Under the pieces are notes generated by a model. It saw only the letters and a list, made by a program, of their open reading frames with translations, was not told the DNA's origin and searched no databases. Positions 51,399 through 62,651 of a stretch of 64,000 bases of DNA are shown piece after piece; position 1 is the first letter of the stretch; each line of letters starts with the position of its first letter. This DNA is from Raillietiella orientalis (lineage: Eukaryota): positions 1-64,000 of the forward strand of contig JAYWIR010000076.1 of assembly GCA_036172245.1 (NCBI GenBank), given 5' to 3'. A program made the translations under genes and the position numbers.

Positions 51399-53846
51399 TT
51401 ATGCCATTGGACACCGCAGATGCTCAACACACAAACACAAAAGAAACCAAACGCTTTACACCAGGCGCGGAGGAGCGCTACAAAAACACGTACGCACGCC
51501 AAGTTGCTGGCTAAGGTTTGGGCAGAGCTTCTGGGACGGGTTGCCAACATCTGCATCAGCCCGGAACAGACATGCTGTTCCCAAGCGAAGCATGGAGGCG
51601 AACCTGTTCCACGCTTCCACCTGGCTAGAGCTCCAACATGAAAGGAGCTTGGTGCGCAGCCGGAATTCCGGTGCGTGCGCCGGCAAGGGGTTGGAAGGTC
51701 ATGTGGGGGAGGGAGCCCTTGCGGTCGCAATCGACTTGCGGAAAGCATTCAATTGCGTCGACCAGAATCTCCTTCTGGAGCTTCTGGAACGCTTGGGCTT
51801 CGCGGCCTGATTAGTGGCCTATCTGCGCTCCTGCTGGCGCCACGCGCACATCAATGTTACTTTCAGCGGGCAGACCGTGCACGGCGTGCCGGTGCGACGT
51901 GGGATCCGGCAGGGAGACAGCCTGAGCCCCTTGCTCTTCAGTACTTACTTTGAGTTGGTACTGAGAGCGTACAGGGGAACTCTGGCGCACCTGCCGCACG
52001 ACTGTACCGGTACGCCGGCCGTTTCAGCATACGCGGACGACCTTCTGCTGCTGCTCCCTATGTCAACCTTGGCTGCGGCGGTCGAGGAGTTCTTCGACCT
52101 GCTGCATCGTGGAACCGGACTTACGGTGAACAGGGCGAAGTCGTTCGTGATGCCACTTGGTGCGTCGTGGGCAGGGCAGCAGGACTGGGTCCGTTTGGGG
52201 ATCATCACGGTGAGGTACTTCAAGTACCTTGGTGTACCGTTGGGGGACTACTCCCCTGCGGAAGCGTGGTCCGGCTGCCTCCAAAAAGTAGAGACGGCGA
52301 TCGGCCCGTTCCGAGGCGGCAGGTTTTTCCCGCCTGAACCGGCCGCGGTTTGGAACACGTTCGCGGCTCCTCTCCTCCGTTCCCTGCTTTTTGTTTGCTC
52401 CCCCACAGAGAGGATCAAAAAGCGGACGAAGGACCTCCTCCGTATCGCCCTTTGGGGCAACGGGAGGGCCCGAGTCCGCTTAAAGGACTTGTGCGCTTCT
52501 CGTCGGGATGGTAGTCTGGGCCTCCTGATACTGGAGCGGCTGGAGCTTCAGCTCCAGTTCTGATTGTCGGCACTTGTTCCAGAGTTGTGGTGCACCTGTT
52601 GGTGCGTCCCTGCACGTCTCCTTCTCCAGCAAGCCACCGGCAAGACGGGACTGACGTCGTTTCTTGCACTCCGTCGCCGCGTCAACCGATGCGGACTCCA
52701 GCTAAGAAGGGTGGCTGCGCTGTATCGGAAAAACCCAGGATTGTTCACCTGTCGACCGTTTAACGGTAGTGCCTGGTTGCAGGAAACCGTTCGAACGTGG
52801 GGACAGTTCGGCATGCAACGCGCTCAACAGGAACGTAGGTTCCCGTCAGGGGGTTAAAGAAGTTGCACGTTCCGCGAGATTCTGGAGAATCCAAAGAAGA
52901 GAGCGTGGGCAGGAAGAACCCCCCTCGCTGCTGCTCTGCTCTCCCTGATGGAAGATCTGGACAGCGATGTTGCGGCGAAGTGGGCGGTTACAGTAACAAT
53001 CTCCGGAAAGGAGAAGAAGGTAGGAGAGTGGAAGACGGGCCAGTTAACAGACACTGCAACCCCGAGTACGCCTCCCAAAGGACTTCTGCGCTGGGGCGCG
53101 CTGCTCGATGTTCCCATTGAACATCTGAAGTGGTCCCCGGTGCTCATGAACACTTCCGCCCTCCCCTGAAGATGGCAGGAGTCGGCTTTCCTGTTGCAGC
53201 ACTGGGGAATCCCCTGCAACGCCCGTCGACACCACTGGACCTGGGGAGCATGGGACCCCAATTGATTCAGGTGTGGGGAACGGGAATCCCTCCCCCACCT
53301 GCTAGTGTATTGTGTTGCCCCTCGGCCCCTTTGGTTTCGCTTTGCCGCGGCCATCGGTACCCCCTGCGGCAACCCCAGGGACGCACTGAAAGCCCTCTTC
53401 GTTGCCGACGTCCTTCGGCCAGTGGCCTCGTTAGCAGATTTGTGCTGCCTACGCGGGATCGTCACCGCTTGGAGCAAGGCTACGGGAGGACAACGCGACC
53501 TGGGTGCCATCCAGACAGCTTCCCAGTTCCTGAGGAGGGCGTCCTGATGGCCCCACCTGGATCCAGGAATACAGAAGCAGCTTGCCGGCATCCTGCAAAG
53601 GATGCAACGGCCCCACCAGCAACTGTGATCCCTTCCCTTACCCTCCCAACTTTTCTTTTCTCTTTTGTTTTGTTTTTTGTTTTACCCCCTTTTCCCTGCT
53701 GCCGTGGTGGACCGTGCCGGTCTGCGAACCGGTGACCCGGCAGGCTCTGTGTTTCTTCGTGCGTTGCTGGAGCAATGGTCCAGCCACCGCACGTCTTTGT
53801 AATAGTTTATTTTCCAATAAACGCCCCGGCGAAATCTGGGTGAAAA

Positions 53847-55815
53847 TCGATGGCCGGCTTCACGAAGAACGCGACCTCGCAGGTATTGCGGATGCCGCAT
53901 TGCCAGTACAGCCGACCCCCCGCGATCGTCTCGATCTCCTGGACGTCTGCCGCGGTGATCACGTGGATCAGTTGCAACAGGGCCAGGTCGAACTTCCGCT
54001 GGTTGTCTGTTGTATCTCGCCTGTTACCGTCGTCGCGGAGCCCGTTGACATTCCAACAGGCGGCGCGAATCCGACGGCGACTGGCTAGCCCAGGTGTTAC
54101 TCCTGGGAAGATGGCAGTGCGGCGTCCGCCACCTGCTGAGGCGGGACGCTAGGTGGAGGAGCGGGGTCAGGTGCTGAAGGCACCTGGTCCCCCTCCTCCA
54201 TAGGAAACTGTACGTCGAGCGAGTCACCCATAGGTGGGGTCGCGCCTACCTGTTCGCCCTCCTCCTTGGGGGCGGGCTGTTCAGGGTCGGCGCCTGCAGG
54301 GAGGACTTTACCTCCCTGTTCACCCTCCTCCATGGGGGTGGCCGGATCGACGGCTTCCGAGCGTGGGAATTCCTCCTCCGAATTTCCCACGCTGGCGACG
54401 GCTTCCGTCTTCTCCTCCTCGCTGGTGGAGGGGAGGCGCCTCCTGGGCTTTTGGGACTTGCGTCCCGACTTCCTGGGGGGTGCCTGCGAGGAGGAGGATC
54501 TACTTCCGGCCCCCAGGTCTAACTCACCTGTGGAAGCTTTCTTCGCCGGAGCCGGCCTACGCACGGCCTTGCGCGAGGGGTTCTCACGCTCGGCCAGCGG
54601 AAACGGCAAGGGGAGGATCGACGCTCCGGGTGGCAATGTCGGGAACGACGATTCGTTCCAGTGCCACGGTGCATTCGCGCAAATTTTTCGAGCGCGGACC
54701 GGGTTTTTTCGGCTTACCGGCCGTCTTGCGCTCTTTGCTCTCCGCGGGTGGGAGTTTCCTTGGCTTTCTGGCCTCTACAAGCTGCCATCCCTCTTCGCCT
54801 TCCACCGTTTCAGAAGGTCTATCCTCTGGCTTACGCGCCGGAGGTTGAGGTGTTGGCAGCTTGTGCTGGCCCTTTTCTACTTTAGGTCTAGAGACCTTTG
54901 AAGCGCGTTTCCCCTGCGCTTTTTTCGCGGCATGGGGAACCGGGATGAGGCGTTTGGGGCACACGCGCCGAACGTGGCCCCGCTCCCCGCACAAATGGCA
55001 TTGTATATTGGGACACCTTTTACGTAGGTGTCCCACGGTATCACAATGCTTGCAATACCGGGGCTTCCCTACATACCACAGGTCGACGTTTTCTTGCGCC
55101 ACCTGTAGTTTGTGGGGAAGCCCACAATTCTCCCTTACGGTGACCCGCGCTGCAGCCTGCCCACCAAAAAGGCTATCGAAGCCGTCGAAAATGGAGGGTT
55201 TCGGCCACAGTGCGTGCACCTCACCGTACTTCCGTAATTCCTCACCAACCGCTGACCGCGGCATGCGGCTGGTGATGCCAGTCATGTGGACCACCACGGA
55301 GCGGTCCATTGATACTGGCAGGATCTTGCGGCCGTCTACGTTCCGCGGCACATGGATTAGGCGGTGAGCCAAGGTGACATCTTTGCAGACCATCTCGATC
55401 TGCTGCCCGCCGCTGAGGACGGAGAGGCCGTCCAGATCCTTCTCAGTAACATTCGCGTCCTTCAACGCTTTGCTGAAGGCGCGCGCTGTCCGGCCGTCGA
55501 ACAGGTTGCCTACCTGGTAGACTAGCGATTGCTTGTACCCGGAGGCCTTGTATGCGGCCATCTCCGCCATGGCTTCTGCGCTGGTCGCGGCCACCATGGC
55601 GCTCCATGTCTTCGGCGTGGCCGGGGATCATTCCGGGGCGGCTGCCCCTGCTCCAGTAGGCTGTGCGGGCGAACTAGCCTCCCCCACTCCCACCTATATC
55701 GCGGTGTCCTCTGGCGTCGTGGCCATTGGACACCGACGATATACACAAAACACCACACACAAGAAAGCGCTTTCCTACTTCTCTTTGAGGAGTGAAGGAA
55801 AAACACGTCCTCCAA
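53847..55815 (-). mobile_element. Tx1-like element, family A, 5' end, ORF1 (55726-54097, one frameshift/deletion) and start of EN
   Basis: 5' motif 55810-55801; CKHCDTVGHLRKRC, CHLCGERGHVRRVC; WNVNG; cut at FVKPAID. Confidence 0.92.
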
Positions 55816-57260
55816 CTAGCCTCGGACGGGTCTGGCTGCAACGATGCAGCCAGCTCCCCCGCCGCACGCTCGAAGGCGGCGTCATCGATCACGGTCTCCA
55901 TGACGGACGCTTCCGTTGGTTCGCTCCCCACGCTGTTGACATTTTCAACAGTGCTCGTCGGTAGCAGCGATTTCTACCTTGCGGCGTTCGGCGGGAACGC
56001 GTTTTACGACGACGCTGCATTCTTTTAAATTCTCGCTAACCTGCTGCTTTTGATTTTGGTGAGCGAGCTTTTTTTCAATTCGTCGTTCTTTCTTCGACTT
56101 TTCCTTTTTCGCTGTGGCTACTTGCCATTCCGGCATCTGTGCGCTTTTGTCGATCTTTTCGGCATTCGTTGTTGGGGTGTCGGCTGCGGCCTGGACCACG
56201 GGTGTGGGTGGCACAGCTTGAGCAGCAGCCTTCGCCGCCAGCCTTTTCTGTAGCAGCCGCGCGCGTTTTGTAAGGTTCCTTGCGGAAACCACGCGCACAG
56301 CGGATTGTGGATACACTTCCTTCGTGTGGTCCATTGTCCCGCTTACCTGGCACTGTATGTTGGGGCACCTCCTTTTGAGGTGCCCCGACGTACAGTGCCA
56401 GGTATGCAGAAGCCACAGTATGTGGGCTTCCCCACGTTCCAGAGGTCGACGCTTTCTTCGCCGACCACCTGTTTGTAGGGAAGGGTAGAGCCCTCCCGAA
56501 CGGTTACACGGGCAGCCGTGAGGCCGCACTGAACTGTGGTATAGTCCTCGAAAGGACTAGGCTTGGTCCATACTGCATGGACCGTGCCTTCTTTTCCCAA
56601 CTTGGCTCGTAACTGTTCTTTCCGCATCCGCGCGGTAACTCCTAAAAGGTGGACCAACATACTGTGGTCCGCCGTAATGGGAAAAAGCCTGCGTGTCTCC
56701 ATTACCACGGAGAATTTGAGCAGACGTTGGGACAGATCTGCATGTTTGCAGATCACCTCTACGTACTGCCCCCCGCTACGAATGGTCATAGCGCAAAACT
56801 CCTCCTCTTTAACATCGAGAGCGCTCATTTCCTTCGAAAAGGCGAACGCACTCTCAGAAGAAAACAAATTTCCTACCTTGTAGAATAGTGATGGGTTATA
56901 CCCCTCTTCCACATAGGCAGATAATTCCGCCGCAGCTGCAGGCGATGGCGCCGACACGACGGCGCTGCACGCCCGCGCTGACGCGAAGACCGGTTTTGTG
57001 GGGGCGGACGCCATACCTCCTTCGCCACTGGAGGCGACGTTGCCGCCACCCCCTGGCACTCCACCTTCTCTAGAGGCGACGTTGCCGCCGCCACCTGGCA
57101 CTCCATTTCTTCAGGAGGCGACGTAACCACCGCCTTCTCACACGCACTGGTGGTCGTGTCAGGCATTCCTGCCTGATCGACCACCACCACACGCGAAGCC
57201 TACTCCTAGGGACGGTTTCCAGCATGAGGAGCATCGAGGAAACACGTCCGTTCTAACCGA
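55816..57260 (-). mobile_element. Tx1-like element, family B, 5' end and partial ORF1
   Basis: 5' motif 57249-57240; AAELSAYVEEGYNP..; cut at LQPDPSEAS. Confidence 0.9.
57025..57135 (-). repeat. 42-bp tandem repeat (about 3 units) in family B ORF1 N-terminus
   Basis: GAGGCGACGT at 57031, 57073 and 57115. Confidence 0.9.
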
Positions 57261-57276
57261 CGTAAAGCTTTCGATT

Positions 57277-60215
57277 TTTACCCGGATTTCTCCGAGTCGT
57301 TTATTAAAAAAATAAACTTTGTAAACAAATCATTAATGGCTGTGGCAATGCTCCAGCCAGAAGCTAAGAACCACGGCGCCTGCCAATTCACCGGTTTCTA
57401 GACCGGTACGGTCCACCAAGGCAGCAGGGGAAAGGGCAAAAACAAAAAAACTGAACAAAAAAAAAAAACAAAGGGTGGGAGGAACGGGAAGGGATCACTG
57501 TTGCTGCTGGGGCCGCTTCATCCCTCTCAGGATGCTGCCAAGCTCTTGTTTGTTGTGAACATCCAGGTGGGGCTATCGCGACGCCCTCCTCAGGAATTCG
57601 GAGGCACACTGGATGGCTTCCTGATCGCTAGGTCCTCCCGTCGCCGTGCTTCAGGCGGCGACGATCCCACGAAGGCAGCACAAGGCTGCTATGAAGGAAG
57701 ATGGCCGCAGGGCGTCGGCAACGAAGAAGGCTTTTAGTGCGTCCCTGGAGTTGCTGCAAGGGATACCGATGGCCGCGGCAAAGCGGAACCAAAGGGGCCG
57801 AAGGGCAACACAATCCACTAGGAGGTGGGGGAGGGACTCCCGTTCCCCGCACCTTACACAATTGGGATCCATTGCTCCTCAGGTCCAGTGGTGTCGACGG
57901 GCGTTGCGGGGAGTCCCCAGTGCTGCAACAGGAATGCCGACTCTTGCCATTTCATGGGGAGGATGAAAGTGTTCATAAGAATCGGGGGCCACTTCAGATG
58001 TTCAATCGGAACATCCAGCAGCGCTCCCCAGCGCAGAAGTCCATTAGGAGGCGTACTCGGGGTCGCAGCATCAGTTAGCTCGCCCGTCTTCCACTCTCTC
58101 TGCTTCTTCTCCTTCCCGGAGATTTTTATTGTAACCTCCCACTTCGCCGCAACATCGCTGTCCTGATGTTTAACTAGGGAGTCCAGCGCAGCAGCGAGGG
58201 GGGTTCTTCGTGACCACGCTCTCTTCTTAGGATCCTCCAGGATCTCACGGAGCGTGCAACTTCTGTAACACCCAAACAGGAACCTTCGTTCCTGATGGGA
58301 GGGTTGCATGCTGAACTGTCCCCACGTACGAACGGTTTCCTGCAACCAGGCACTACTGTTCGCGGGAAGACAGGTGATCCATCCTCGATTTTTCCTTTCC
58401 AGCGCAGCCACCCTCCGTAGCTGAAGCCCACATCGGTTGATGCGGCTTCGATGGAGTGCAAGAAACGACGTAAGTCCCGTCTTGCCGGTGGCTTGCTGAA
58501 GGAGGAGACGCGCAGGGACGCACCAACAGGTGCACCACAACTCCGGCACAAGTGCCAAAATTCAAAACTGGAACTGGAGCTCCAGCCGCTCCAGCGTCAG
58601 GAGGCCGAGACCGCCGTCCCGACGAGGAGCGCATAAATCATCCAGAGGCACACGTGGCCTCCCGCTGCCCCAGAGGGCGATGCGAAGTAGGTCTTTTGTC
58701 CTCTTTTTAATGTCACGGGGACATGGCACACAAAAAGCAGGGGGCGGAGGATGGGAGCCGCGAAGGCGTTCCACACCGCGGCCCGTTCCGGCAGAAGGAA
58801 CTTGCCTTCCAGGAACGGGCCGATTGCCAACTCTACCTTTTGGAGACGACCTGTTTAGGCTTCTGACTAGCAGAAGTCCCCCAACGGAACGCCGAGGTAC
58901 TTCAAGTACCTTTCCGTAAGGATCCCCAAGCGGATCCATTCAGGACGTTCGACCCACGTCGTACCAACCTCCACCACCGATGACTCCGCCTTATTTACCC
59001 GTAGTCTAGTCCCGCGGCTTAGCAGATGGAAGAAATCCTCGACTGCGGCTGCCTGGGCGGACATGGGCAAAAGGAGCAGAAGATCATCGGCGTTAGCCGC
59101 TACGGACGGCGTACCTGGACACGAGCTTGCCAGCGCAGCCAATGTCACCCTGTGTGCTCTCAGCACCAGTTCGAAATAGGTGCTACAGAGCAGGGGACTC
59201 AAACTGTCACCATGCCGGATGCCGCGCCTCACCGGCACGCCGAACACGTGCTGTCCTCTGAAAAGCAAGTTGATAATCGCATTGCGCCAGTAGGCGCGCA
59301 GGTAGACCGATAAGGTGTTCGGGAAGCCCATGCGATCCAGGAGCTCCAGAAGGACTTCCTGGTCCACGCAATCGAACGCTTTGTGCACATCGACTGCGAT
59401 CACTAGAGCCCCCTTCCATTCCCGGTCGTCCCTTACTTGCTGCGCTGCCGCTCCCAAATCCGGTTTGTCGACATTTCATTCTTTTTCCAAATTTTTCTCG
59501 CGTTGCACATGGAACCATGTGCTTGCGAAGAACAGGTTCGCTTCCATGCTTCGCCCGGGAACAGCGTACGTCTGTTCCGGGCTGACGAAGCTGTCAGCTA
59601 CCTGCCCCAGTGGCGAAGCCCACAGTCCAGCCAGCAGCTTGACGTCCGTGTTCACATTCGTGATCAAACGCCAGTTGCTTAATTTCCTGAGGTCTCCTCC
59701 CTTAGGGAGGAGCCTCACCCTGGCTTACCGAAACGAGGAAGGGACATCGCCTTGGTCTCGGATCAGCGATGTCAATTTGATCACCAGGGGGGTCAGCTCT
59801 GCCGCGAAGCTCTGATAGAACTTTGCTGGCAGGCCGTCCTCCCGTGGCGCCTTACGCCTCTTGAGCCTTTTAATAGCGGTGATGATTTCACCGGTCGTAA
59901 AAGGCTCGTCGAGGCTTTCTTTCTCCTCCTCCCCTATTGCCGGGGCTCCATCTGGGAGCAAGCGCCGCGAGACGTCCCACACCGCAGGTACCCTGGCGTA
60001 AAAAGAAAAGTAAAATCCACGCACGAGGCGACGTATCGATGCCGGGTCCGAGTATTCCTGGTCCAGGTCGTCCAGCACGCTGGGTGGCCCGGATTGCCAG
60101 GCTTGACGCTCGGCCTCGGCTTTGTACTCGGCCAAGCGACGGATGTCAGGGGCCCTCGCGAAATGACGGGTGAGCAAACACGCTCTTTCGTTGCGGGCCC
60201 CCTCACCAAATCCCC
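57277..60215 (-). mobile_element. Tx1-like ORF2 and 3' end; apparent recombinant (A/D-type RT, B-type C-terminus and 3' UTR)
   Basis: Similarity switches near 58580-58620; 3' hairpin 57305-57277. Confidence 0.85.
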
Positions 60216-60219
60216 TTTG

Positions 60220-62651
60220 TGGAGAGAGGACGTGCTTTTCCTGCGCTCCGCCTGCGTGGCAAGGCGAGTGGTTTTTCCTTGAGTGGTTTCTGCGTGCACA
60301 TCGTCGGTGTCCGATGACAGCGTTGCCAGAGGACACCGCGATGGAAGTAGGCGTGGGGGATGCTTGTTCGTCCCCACAGCCTACTGGATCAGATGCATCC
60401 GCCCCGGAATCGTCCCCGGCGACGCCAAGGTCATGGAGCGCCATGGTGGCCGCGCCTAGCGTGGAAGCCATGGCCGAGATGGAAGCCTACAAGAAAGCGG
60501 GGTATAAACCCTCGCTAGTCTATAAAGTAGGCAACCTTTTCGATGGGCGAACTGCACGCGCCTATACGAAGGCGCTGCAGAACGCATATATTTTCGAACA
60601 AGATCTTGACGGCCTCTTCGTCCTCAGCGGCGGGCAGTGAGTCGAGTTGGTATGCAAAGATATCACCTTGGCCCAACGCCTGATCACAGACCCGCTGATC
60701 GTTGATGGTCGGAAAATCTTGCCGGTGACGATGGACTGCTCGGTAGTGGTCCATCTCACTGGTATCTCCAGTCGCATGACTAGGTCAGCGGTTGGAGATC
60801 AGTTGCGAAAGCACGCAGAAGTGCACGCGTTGTGGCTGAAGCCCACGATTTTCCAAGGCTACAATAGCCTTTTCGGAGGTCAAGCTGCGGCGCGTATCAC
60901 CGTAAAAGAGAGTGGTGCGCTTCCCCACAAGCTGGAGGTCTTCCAAGAAGCGGTGGACCTCTGGTACGTGGGGAAACCCCAATTTTGTGGCTACTGCAAT
61001 GCAGTAGGGCATCTACGAAAAAGGTGCCCGAACATTGTGTGCCACCTATGCGAGGAAAAGGGTCACGTTCGGCGCGTGTGCCCCAAGTGCCCCACCCCGG
61101 TGCCCTCTGCCTCCAAAAAGGCGCAGGGAAAACGTGGAAAGCTGGTAGAAAGACCAGTTCGCGAAAATAACCGTTCCCAACTGCCAGCCTCCCTTCCTCC
61201 CGTACAGGCGTCGGAGGAAAGAGCTCCCGTGGACGCGGGATTAAAGGAGGGTTGGCAGCTAGTTCAGGCCAGAAAAGAAAAAAAGGAAGTGATAGCAGAA
61301 GAAAAGTAAGAGAAGAAAACTGCCGGCAAAAAGAAAAACGCCGCGCCGCTTTCAAAAAAACAACTCCGCGAATGCTCGGTGGCATTGGAACGCTTAGCCG
61401 TTCCTGCCGAGGCCGCCCGCGGCAATCTTCACGAAACAGCTGATGCGGACGCGATGGATACTCGCGTGGACGAGCCCATTCTACGTTTAGAGGGTGAGAC
61501 GCGGGACTCGCGCGCCGACAGCCAGGACGTCGCGTTCGATAAGGTCGCGGAGGAGCCCGCGGCAACGTTCGCCGTCAGCTATGACGCCGCGCTCGATAAG
61601 GTCGCGAAGCAGCCCGCATCAACGGTCGCCGCTGGCGAAGACGCGGCCTTCGAGAAAGCGGCGGAGGAGCTCGCAGCAACGCTCGCCGAGCGCGAAACCC
61701 CGTCGCGCAAGGGAGTACGAAGGCCGGCTCCGACGAAGATGGCCCCCGCAGGTGAGTGCGACCTGGGGGCCGGAAGCGCATTCTCCTCCTCAGAGGCACC
61801 CCCCAGGAAGTAGAGACCCAAGTCCCAGAAACCCAGGCGGCGCCTCCCCTCTACCAGCGAGGAGGAGAAGCCGGAAGGCAGCGACAGCGTGGGAATCCCG
61901 GACGGGAACTCTCACGCCCGGAAGCCGTCGAGTCCGCCACCCCCATGGAGGATGGTGAGCAGGAAAGTGAAGTCCCCCCTGCAGTCGGGGAACCTGAGCA
62001 GCCCGAACCCATGGAGGTGGGCGAACAGGTAGGCGCGACTCCACCTGCGGGTGATCCGGCCGACCCGCCGGAACGGTTGGAGGGGGAATAACGGGTGCCT
62101 TCAGTACCTGTCCCCCCTCCCCCTCCAACTAGCGTCCCGCCCTAGCAGGTGGCGGACGCCGCATCACCGTTTTCCCAGGACTACCACCTGGGCTCGCCAG
62201 TCGCCGTCGGATTTGCGCGGCCTATTGGAATGTCAACGGGCTGCGCGACGACGGCAACAGGAGACATACGGCCGACACCCTGCGTGAGCTCGACCTGGCG
62301 CTGCTGCAGGAGATCCACGTGATCTCGGCGGCGGATGTCCAGAAAACAGAGACCATCGCGGGGGGTCGGCTGTACTGGCAATGCGGCTGCCGCAACACCT
62401 GCAGGGTCGCGTTCTTCGTGAAGCCTGCCATCGACGCTGCCGTAAAGGGCATGCGGTTCGATGACGACGGTCGGATCGGCCAGATGATTCTCAGCTGGTC
62501 CGACTCGATCGACCTAATCCTCACAAACGTGTATGGCCCCAGCGGCAAACAGGGGTACCGCGACCGCACCAAATTGCTGGAAACCCTGAAGCGCAACTGG
62601 CTGGCGGATACCAATGTGCGAAAGGCTCACCTGATAGCGAGAGATTTCAAT
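60220..62651 (+). mobile_element. Tx1-like element, family A type, 5' end, ORF1 and EN up to (G)DFN
   Basis: 5' motif 60228; CGYCNAVGHLRKRC, CHLCEEKGHVRRVC; WNVNG, LLQE. Confidence 0.92.
61526..61690 (+). repeat. 57-bp tandem repeat (3 units) of the DAAF..AAEELAATL helix in ORF1
   Basis: Units start at 61526, 61583 and 61640. Confidence 0.88.

Larger units (their letters stand above)
45594..51495 (-). mobile_element. Full-length (5902 bp) Tx1-like element, family D, near intact
   Basis: Perfect TSD ACGCCAAGTTGCTGG (45579-45593, 51496-51510); both terminal motifs; ORF1 and ORF2 without frameshifts. Confidence 0.96.
44600..53846 (+). mobile_element. Tx1-like element, family B ORF2 and 3' end (own sequence 44600-45593 and 51496-53846)
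   Basis: FNVRLKPDGQKKKR EN; RT resumes across a 15-bp TSD; YADD at 52030; 3' hairpin 53816-53846. Confidence 0.92.

Noticed and set aside
39450..53846. Treating the B 5' part (39450) and B 3' part (44600-53846) as one insertion
   Set aside because: The flanks do not form a TSD (KAFD vs PAID sites) and about 1 kb of B is missing between KEC and DFN; they may be two copies
60200..60240. Claim that all family A-type copies use the B ORF1 site
   Set aside because: This A-type copy is inserted antisense at the GFGE codons of an ORF2, so specificity is not absolute or differs by subfamily
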